Below the pieces are notes generated by a model, which saw nothing but the letters and a program-made list of their open reading frames with translations, did not search any database and was not told where the DNA came from. Both the position numbers and the translations under genes were made by a program. Positions 25,610 through 32,000 of a stretch of 32,000 nucleotides of DNA are shown here, in pieces. The stretch's first letter is position 1. The number at the start of each line of letters is the position of its first letter. Origin of the DNA: an uncultured archaeon. GTDB taxonomy: Archaea; Asgardarchaeota; Thorarchaeia; Thorarchaeales; Thorarchaeaceae. The stretch spans positions 517,049 to 549,048 of the forward strand of contig CAYHAA010000001.1 in assembly GCA_964354495.1 (NCBI GenBank). The letters run 5' to 3'.

Positions 25610-28351
25610 ATGGCCGAGTCATGGCACGCTCTGGAAACTGAAATGGTCCTTGATATGCTGGATAGCTCCCCTGAGGGTCTGACCCAGGATGAAGCGACAG
25701 TTCGCCTTGAGCAATATGGGCTTAACGAGATTGCGATTGCAAAGAGAGGCTCCGCAATTCGGATGTTCATTAGACAGTTCTCAAACATTCTCACTATTAT
25801 TCTTCTTGTGGCTGTTGTAGTTTCTTTTGTCGTAGGAGAAGCAGTAGATGCTGCTCTCATTCTGGTTATTGTGCTCATTTCGGCATTGCTTGGCTTTTCT
25901 CAAGAATATCGCGCTGAGAAGGCCCTAGATGCTCTACGGGGGATGCTCACTCCCACCTCGATTGTGGTCAGAGATGGACGACCTATGGCGGTAGCAAGCA
26001 AGGAGATTGTACCAGGGGACATCTTAACTCTGAAGGAAGGAGATCGACTTCCTGCCGACGGTCGCGTGTTAGAGTCTTTCAACTTGAAAATAAGTGAGGC
26101 GGCAATTACCGGAGAGTCTGTTCCTGTACAAAAGAGCACACCAGTTCTTCCTGATGATACCCCGCTCGGTGACAGACGCAACATTGTGCTCTCCGGCACT
26201 GAAATCATCTACGGGAAAGGAACCGCCGTTATTGTGTCAACCGGCTCGAACACCGAGTTCGGCAAGATTGCAAGTCAGGTCGCCACTGTGACAAAGGAAA
26301 GCACTCCCCTTGAGAAGCGAACTAGGGAGATCGGCTTTTGGTTGGGGACCATTTCACTGTCAGTGTGTGGCATCGTCATAGCCATTGGCCTCCTAAGGGA
26401 GTTTTTCATTAGCGGTTTCATTGATCCTAATTTTGCTGTCCAGATGCTACTGTTCGGAATCGCACTTGCCGTGGCAGCAGTCCCGGAAGCATTACCCGGG
26501 GTTGTCACCGGAAGCCTCACAATTGGAATGCAACGCATGGCTCGTCAGAATGCCCTGGTCAGAAGAATGTCAGCAGTAGAAACATTGGGTTGCACTAGCA
26601 TCATCTGCTCGGATAAGACTGGCACGATAACGCATGGGGAGATGACAGTCAGAGAGGTATACCTCAGCGGCGCAACTCTAGGCATTGAAGGTGAAGGGTA
26701 TGCCCCTGTGGGTAAGATTGTTCCATTTGACTCAGACGAATCGATTCTAAAGCAGGATCGGTTTCGCATGTTGATGGAGGCATGTGTTCTCTGCAATGAT
26801 GCACGGCTCGAGCAGGCTGAGGGCCGCTGGAAGGTGCTGGGTGACCCGACTGAGGGCGCCTTGATCGTTCTAGCAGAGAAGGCCGGTATTAGTTCAGAAC
26901 TCCTTAGGTCTCAGCATCCCCGTATTGGTGAGGTTCCATTCAGTTCAGATAGAAAACGGATGAGTACCTTGCACTCAACTGCGATTGGGACCACTCTGGT
27001 GTTCACCAAGGGCGCTGCTGAAGTTGTTGTGGAGAGATGCAGCCACGTTGCTGTTGATGGGAGTCGCGAGCCGATGACGCCTACTATTCATGACGCCATA
27101 CTTGAGAAGACGTCCGATATGGCGGTTCGAGCTCTTCGAGTTCTCGCTCTTGGCTACTGTGAAACTGGGCTTCTTGATATGACTGATGAGGATGCTGTAG
27201 AGTACAACCTAACCTTCCTTGGTCTTGTAGGAATGATTGATCCGGCCCGGAAAGATGCAATTGACGCGATTCAGATCTGTAAATCTGTGGGCATCCGCCC
27301 AATCATGATAACTGGTGACCACAAACTGACAGCAGTTGCGATTGCAAATGAGGTTGGAATTCGTCAGCCTAATGACTTGGTCCTGACAGACCAGGAATTG
27401 CAGGAGATTTCTGATTCGGACTACGTGAATCTCGTTGACAAGGTCACTGTCTATGCACGTGTGTCGCCATCGAGCAAACTCAAAATAGTTCAGGCTTGGA
27501 AACGACGCAACGAAGTAGTGGCAATGACTGGCGACGGAGTCAACGATGCTCCTGCGTTAAAGCAGGCTGACATAGGTGTCGCTATGGGTATCACTGGCAC
27601 TGATGTCACGAAGGAGGCTGCTGACCTTGTGTTGGCTGATGACAATTTCGCGACAATCAAGAATGCAATCGAACTCGGTCGCTGGATATATGACAATATC
27701 AAGAAGTATCTTGCCTATCTGCTGAGAGCTAATCTCATCGAGATCATAGTATTGTCCGCTGTTGTCCTCATTGGTTATCCACTGCCATTGCTTCCGGTTC
27801 AGGTGCTTTACATCAACCTTGTGACAGATGGACTTCCCGCTATTGCACTCGGACTGAGCCCCCCTGATGTGGACATCATGAAGAGACCGCCCAGAAACCC
27901 GAATGAGAGCATATTCTCTAAGGATGTCAAGCAGTTCTTTCTCATCACAATACTTGTTCAGGTTCCCTTGTTCCTGTATGTCTTCTTAACCATGGCTCCC
28001 CTCGGAATGGTAGAAGCCCGTACAGTCCTATTTTACCTGTTCGTGTTCTGCGAGCTGACTCTGGCTCTGACATGTAGGTCGCTGAAATACACAATCTTGG
28101 AGACGCGACCTCATAGACTGCTGGTAGGTTCTATCGTCTTCAATGTGGTCCTGACCGTAGTCCTCTTTGGCTTCGTCCCTGGTGCGGCAGAAGCCTTTGG
28201 CATCGGCCCATTGAGTCTCATGGGTATTGAGATAATCATTGGCGCTTGCCTGATATCACTCCTGGCTATTGAGGGATTGAAGATAATAACTCGCAGGAAG
28301 AGCAATAGCAGCACAAACAGACTCAATACGATGATGACAATCGATTCGTGA
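25610..28351 (+). CDS. P-type ATPase, type IIA (Ca2+-transporting, SERCA/SPCA-like)
   Basis: [18 protein letters not shown] phosphorylation site, [20 protein letters not shown] and [10 protein letters not shown] motifs; about 10 TM helices. Confidence 0.96.
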   Translation: MAESWHALETEMVLDMLDSSPEGLTQDEATVRLEQYGLNEIAIAKRGSAIRMFIRQFSNILTIILLVAVVVSFVVGEAVDAALILVIVLISALLGFSQEYRAEKALDALRGMLTPTSIVVRDGRPMAVASKEIVPGDILTLKEGDRLPADGRVLESFNLKISEAAITGESVPVQKSTPVLPDDTPLGDRRNIVLSGTEIIYGKGTAVIVSTGSNTEFGKIASQVATVTKESTPLEKRTREIGFWLGTISLSVCGIVIAIGLLREFFISGFIDPNFAVQMLLFGIALAVAAVPEALPGVVTGSLTIGMQRMARQNALVRRMSAVETLGCTSIICSDKTGTITHGEMTVREVYLSGATLGIEGEGYAPVGKIVPFDSDESILKQDRFRMLMEACVLCNDARLEQAEGRWKVLGDPTEGALIVLAEKAGISSELLRSQHPRIGEVPFSSDRKRMSTLHSTAIGTTLVFTKGAAEVVVERCSHVAVDGSREPMTPTIHDAILEKTSDMAVRALRVLALGYCETGLLDMTDEDAVEYNLTFLGLVGMIDPARKDAIDAIQICKSVGIRPIMITGDHKLTAVAIANEVGIRQPNDLVLTDQELQEISDSDYVNLVDKVTVYARVSPSSKLKIVQAWKRRNEVVAMTGDGVNDAPALKQADIGVAMGITGTDVTKEAADLVLADDNFATIKNAIELGRWIYDNIKKYLAYLLRANLIEIIVLSAVVLIGYPLPLLPVQVLYINLVTDGLPAIALGLSPPDVDIMKRPPRNPNESIFSKDVKQFFLITILVQVPLFLYVFLTMAPLGMVEARTVLFYLFVFCELTLALTCRSLKYTILETRPHRLLVGSIVFNVVLTVVLFGFVPGAAEAFGIGPLSLMGIEIIIGACLISLLAIEGLKIITRRKSNSSTNRLNTMMTIDS

Positions 28352-28393
28352 GCACTGGAACAACACTGAGCTGATAGGAGTTGGTCAGAGGCA

Positions 28394-29245
28394 CTATGAG
28401 GGCAACCTCTTCTCCAACCACGCTACCAAATCAGCCATGACTTGATCCTTCTCAGGCTCAACATGAAGTTCGTGATAGAGGCCCTCATAGAGTTTCCATG
28501 TCTTATCCTTCGAGGACAGCCTATCGAAGAATACCTTGTTCTTATTCGGATCAGTCGCTTTGTCAAGACCTGCTTGCTGAAGCAGGACGGGGAGTGTGAT
28601 TAGTGATGCAGAATTGAATGCATCTTCTGATGCTCTGAAACCTTCAATGCCAAACCTCGCTGTGACTCTCTCGAATCTCAAGGGGTCAGTTTCATGGTCT
28701 TTTATCACACTGGGGCTCCTGCTCAAATCGCTGTAGTTCAGGTCGCTGTCGAAGTATCTTTTGATATTCAGGATGGAGAGAAGATGCCCTGCAAGGCGTT
28801 TGCCAGTACCAATATTAAGTGTTTGACTGACTGCTGGCACTTGAAGTATCAGGCCATCGATGTCTCGAGGATACTTGGCTGCATACCTGACTGCGTTAAC
28901 TCCTCCAAGCGATGACCCGAACAGGAATGTAGTCTTGTTGAGGTATCGATCCTTTGCCTGCATAATCAGATTCTGAATATCCTCGATATATTCATCGAAG
29001 CTCATGACATGTCCTTTCAGGGCGGAGTAGTGCCCAAAACCACGCATGTCCGGTATGAAGACGGCCAGTCCCTGTTCCGCAAAATACTGTCCTATGTTCT
29101 TGAAGTCGCCAGCATGGCTACCAAGACCGTGGATGACTATCAGAAGAGCCCTCGGGTTGTTATTATCAGGGCGCCATACTGCCAGAAACATACTTGTTCC
29201 GTCATATCCGATGTACTTTGTTTCCTCATACTGCATGACTGCCAC
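28394..29245 (-). CDS. Alpha/beta hydrolase, lysophospholipase/monoacylglycerol lipase family
   Basis: IIHGLGSH-type oxyanion segment, DMRGFG, nucleophile GSSLGG and YEGLYHELHVEP. Confidence 0.9.
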   Translation of the reverse strand: MAVMQYEETKYIGYDGTSMFLAVWRPDNNNPRALLIVIHGLGSHAGDFKNIGQYFAEQGLAVFIPDMRGFGHYSALKGHVMSFDEYIEDIQNLIMQAKDRYLNKTTFLFGSSLGGVNAVRYAAKYPRDIDGLILQVPAVSQTLNIGTGKRLAGHLLSILNIKRYFDSDLNYSDLSRSPSVIKDHETDPLRFERVTARFGIEGFRASEDAFNSASLITLPVLLQQAGLDKATDPNKNKVFFDRLSSKDKTWKLYEGLYHELHVEPEKDQVMADLVAWLEKRLPS

Positions 29246-29337
29246 TGCACGCTAGTAGCGAGTATCTACTATTTATCTTAGTGCAATGAGGGGAGAGGGA
29301 TGATCCTGAGGGTATGCAGCTGCTGCACCAGACTTTG

Positions 29338-29501
29338 ACAAAGTTGGACACTTCTTAGATGAATGTTCGAGCGATCGCGTAGGCGTTTATATATCCGGGT
29401 CCAAAGACAGGACTCTGAGGTTGACCGGACACACACTCGACCTCGCAGAGTGACCCAGTGCCGTTCTCCTGGGTGTACAAGACTCAGGTGTCCAACTTTG
29501 T
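29338..29501. repeat. 14-bp perfect inverted repeat enclosing a structured 136-nt spacer
   Basis: ACAAAGTTGGACAC at 29338-29351 and GTGTCCAACTTTGT at 29488-29501. Confidence 0.8.
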
Positions 29502-29536
29502 AAAACTTACAATGAACGGTCATCTCGGTAGTAAGC

Positions 29537-30418
29537 CTAGAATCTCATCGGTTTTGGCTCATCGCCTGAATAGTCATAGAAGCCTCTTCCAGACTTTCGA
29601 CCTAGCCATCCTGCTCTGACCATCTTCCGTAGCAGCGCCGGTGCCCTATACTTACTGTCTTTGAACTCATCGACAAAGTAGTCACTGATGTAGAGTGCTG
29701 TATCGAGACCAACGAAGTCGAGCAATGTCAATGGACCCATAGGCCAGTTAAGACCCAGTTTAATCCCCAAATCCATGTCCTCGACAGTTGCCACACCCTC
29801 TTGAATGGCAAAGATTGCTTCATTGAGTGCTGGTACCAGTACCCTGTTGACAGCAAAACCCGGTGCCTCGTTGACTATCACAGTCTTCTTTCCGACCTTG
29901 TGCGAAACATCCTCGATTACTTTCACAGTGGCATCCGCAGTTGCCTGCCCCTTTATGATCTCCACGAGACCCATGACTGGAACTGGATTGAAGAAGTGCA
30001 TTCCTATGAATTTCTCAGGTCTCTTCGTGACCGCTGCCATTTGGGTGATACTGATACTGGAAGTATTCGAAGCGAGTATGGCACGTTCGGGTGCTGCTCC
30101 ATCGACTTCCTTCCAGGTGTCTAGTTTCAGCTTGACAACCTCAGGAATTGCTTCAATAACCAGATCAGCATCCTTCACTGCGATCTTCAAATCGAGAACA
30201 CCTTTTACTCGTCCCAAGATTGCATCTGCTTCGTCTTGACTCATCTTGCCCTTGGAAACTCCACGACCAAGATTCTTCTTGATGGTTGCTATTCCATTAT
30301 CTACGAATTTCTGTTCAATATCTCGCATTTTGACTTCATAGCCAGCCTGTGCGCAGACATGGGCTATTCCATTTCCCATCTGTCCGGCGCCTAACACTGC
30401 AATCTTTTTGATTTCCAT
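29537..30418 (-). CDS. hbd: 3-hydroxybutyryl-CoA dehydrogenase
   Basis: VLGAGQMGNGIA, VIEAIPE, ASNTSSIS, GMHFFNPVPVM, PGFAVNR, PMGPL and LGRKSGRGFY motifs. Confidence 0.95.
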   Translation of the reverse strand: MEIKKIAVLGAGQMGNGIAHVCAQAGYEVKMRDIEQKFVDNGIATIKKNLGRGVSKGKMSQDEADAILGRVKGVLDLKIAVKDADLVIEAIPEVVKLKLDTWKEVDGAAPERAILASNTSSISITQMAAVTKRPEKFIGMHFFNPVPVMGLVEIIKGQATADATVKVIEDVSHKVGKKTVIVNEAPGFAVNRVLVPALNEAIFAIQEGVATVEDMDLGIKLGLNWPMGPLTLLDFVGLDTALYISDYFVDEFKDSKYRAPALLRKMVRAGWLGRKSGRGFYDYSGDEPKPMRF

Positions 30419-30536
30419 GATATCGCCTCATAGCATGAATACGAAACGCCACTCGTTCGATGCTGCCACTAAATATGTCTATTGATTCAAGGCTCGAATC
30501 TTTCAAAAAGTGAACTCATGAGAGTGCAATGGATGT

Positions 30537-31166
30537 TCATATTCTCTCATACCTGAATGTGCAACGTTTGTCCCCTGATGCAATGGTTTCGTTGCGGGTG
30601 AATCTTATCCAGGTATCGACAATGCTAGCAAGAATGCCATCATACTCGCAGAGGATTGGCCCCAATTCAGGTCTCCCTGCTTCTCGCAGGATATCAAAGT
30701 AGAAGCATCTCTGAATGTCAAATCCGAATTTCTTGTCGTTTTTGTGGACCTCAATTAGCTTGAAGAACTCGTTCTCATAGTTTGCCTTGTTCCCCCTTTG
30801 TACCCATTCCATGAAAGCATTCCATGAGTCTTTGCTCTGCTTGAAACTGGCTGTTTCTGTTTCAAAGAACCCCAGCAACATCTCTCTATAGATGGCCAGA
30901 ATTGACTTCCTCAGTTGCGAATACGATGCTTTGACTTCTCTGAGCACATCATCAACGGCCATTACAAAGAGCGTGTTTATGCCATGCCTCTTTGCCAGTG
31001 GATTAGGCATCATCTGGCTGTAGTTGTTGTAGTGAATCCTGAACTGCCTCTCATACAGCTTATGCAGGGCATCTCCTTTCTGCTGGCCAAAGAGTCTGAT
31101 GAACTCCTTTCCTGCCAGATCAGAAAAATAACCAATGAGTTGCTGAGATTGAGATTCCTCGGTCAT
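30537..31166 (-). CDS. L-2-amino-thiazoline-4-carboxylic acid hydrolase (ATC_hydrolase) family protein
   Basis: FDIQRCFYFDILREAGRPELGPILCEYD and TRNETIASGDKRCTFRY signature. Confidence 0.85.
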   Translation of the reverse strand: MTEESQSQQLIGYFSDLAGKEFIRLFGQQKGDALHKLYERQFRIHYNNYSQMMPNPLAKRHGINTLFVMAVDDVLREVKASYSQLRKSILAIYREMLLGFFETETASFKQSKDSWNAFMEWVQRGNKANYENEFFKLIEVHKNDKKFGFDIQRCFYFDILREAGRPELGPILCEYDGILASIVDTWIRFTRNETIASGDKRCTFRYERI

Positions 31167-31967
31167 CGTACTCCGTCTTCTTTGCGGTTGCTAAAGGAGT
31201 TTGGGATACTTGCATGTTTCTCGCGGATATCACTCTTGCGATGAGTGGTCACCATGTGGTCAGATCCATGGTCAGTCCAGCTCAGAAGGGGCATATCATG
31301 TGACCACCCCATGATGGGTCGTGAATCATTATGACTACGGACAATCAAACACGCAATCGAAATCTGAAACACGGATATCACAGGTACGTCCAGACTGCTG
31401 ACGCCTTAGCCCATGCCTATGCCTATAGGAGGTAGGTGAATGGTTTGTACTAGGATGTCAAAGAGAAATTCATACGCAACCTCCACCCTCGCAATTACTA
31501 CTATGCACTTCAGAAGGTAGTCCACCGTGACAGGCTACGACTCCACTTCTCTCAGATGCGGCTTTAGAATGGTCTATGCAAAACACCCAACACTCTCAAT
31601 AGTCCACGAAACAAATATTTGCGCACTGGAATATGTTTATAATAAACCGATTATGGAATTTGGTTTGTCCAACAAACCTTATATGCGCCCTGGTCACAGC
31701 AGCTGCTGTAAATGTTGATGGCGCAGTAGGGGCCTCCGATAAGTCCTAATGTTCCTACCAATGGCTACACCGGAAAAATCTCCTATCTCCGCAGCGGTCC
31801 CAGCCGTGTAATCTAGGGGCCGCTGCCTCAAAATGGATTGCTGACAAAGATGAAATTCAATATCACCAACCAATGGCAGAACTCGATTAAGCAAACCACA
31901 GAGGCTAGAATTCACATTGACGTTACTTCTTCTCAAGAGCACACATACTTAGGGGAGTGAAAGAATC

Positions 31968-32000
31968 ATGACTCTACTGAAATCATTTCTCGGCTTGCCA
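31968..32000 (+). CDS. Possible start of a gene running off the window
   Basis: GGAGTGA RBS-like sequence at 31954-31960, ATG at 31968, open to the window end (MTLLKSFLGLP). Only 11 codons are visible. Confidence 0.3.
   Translation, partial: MTLLKSFLGLP

Noticed and set aside
29246-29536. SRP RNA, RNase P RNA or tRNA, and the 81-aa ORF 29278..29523
   Set aside because: No helix-8 motif, GAGGAAAGUCC or T-loop/cloverleaf was found. The ORF has no RBS or protein-like features.
31607-31631. Partial ORB-like TTCCAGTG on the minus strand
   Set aside because: It lacks GAAAC and the G-string, is a single copy, and no cdc6 gene is in view.
31630-31661. Resemblance to a dif/Xer site (ATAA...TTATGGAATTT)
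   Set aside because: The spacer between ATAA and TTAT is 5 or 8 nt rather than 6, and the left arm does not match.
31163-31942. Short ORFs 31163..31381, 31527..31718 and 31694..31942, or a TGA-interrupted selenoprotein
   Set aside because: No recognisable domains or selenoprotein motifs, and composition is not protein-like.
1-32000. CRISPR arrays, rRNA/tRNA genes, transposases and integrases
   Set aside because: No regularly spaced repeats, RNA-gene signatures or DDE/tyrosine-recombinase motifs were seen on reading the window.

Overview
This is gene-dense archaeal chromosomal DNA, most consistent with an Asgard archaeon (Thorarchaeia-like). That assignment is an inference from gene content and protein style. 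I see no rRNA, tRNA, CRISPR array or transposase. Left third: the C-terminal end of a membrane-anchored surface protein, a divergent CoA-disulfide-reductase/NADH-oxidase-fold flavoprotein, two large membrane-anchored S8 subtilases, and two hypothetical proteins between them. Middle: nitroreductase, glyoxylate reductase, two paralogous small winged-helix regulators, an orphan CitG-family gene, a sirtuin and a grpE-dnaK-dnaJ operon. Right: a pyruvate-kinase-C-domain protein, an MFS-PadR-HAAS operon, Xaa-Pro peptidase, a YkgJ Cys-cluster protein, a P2A Ca2+-ATPase, a lysophospholipase-type hydrolase, 3-hydroxybutyryl-CoA dehydrogenase and an ATC-hydrolase-family protein. Most notable observations: (1) the minus-strand subtilase at 2050-4941 reproduces the ectodomain layout of eukaryotic site-1 protease (MBTPS1/SKI-1), with an RxxL motif at the prodomain junction; (2) a free-standing copy of the Cation_ATPase_N module is encoded 2 nt upstream of the Ca2+-ATPase; (3) a structured non-coding element at 29.3-29.5 kb is bounded by a perfect 14-bp inverted repeat. 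All homology statements come from motif recognition and recalled reference sequences, not from searches.
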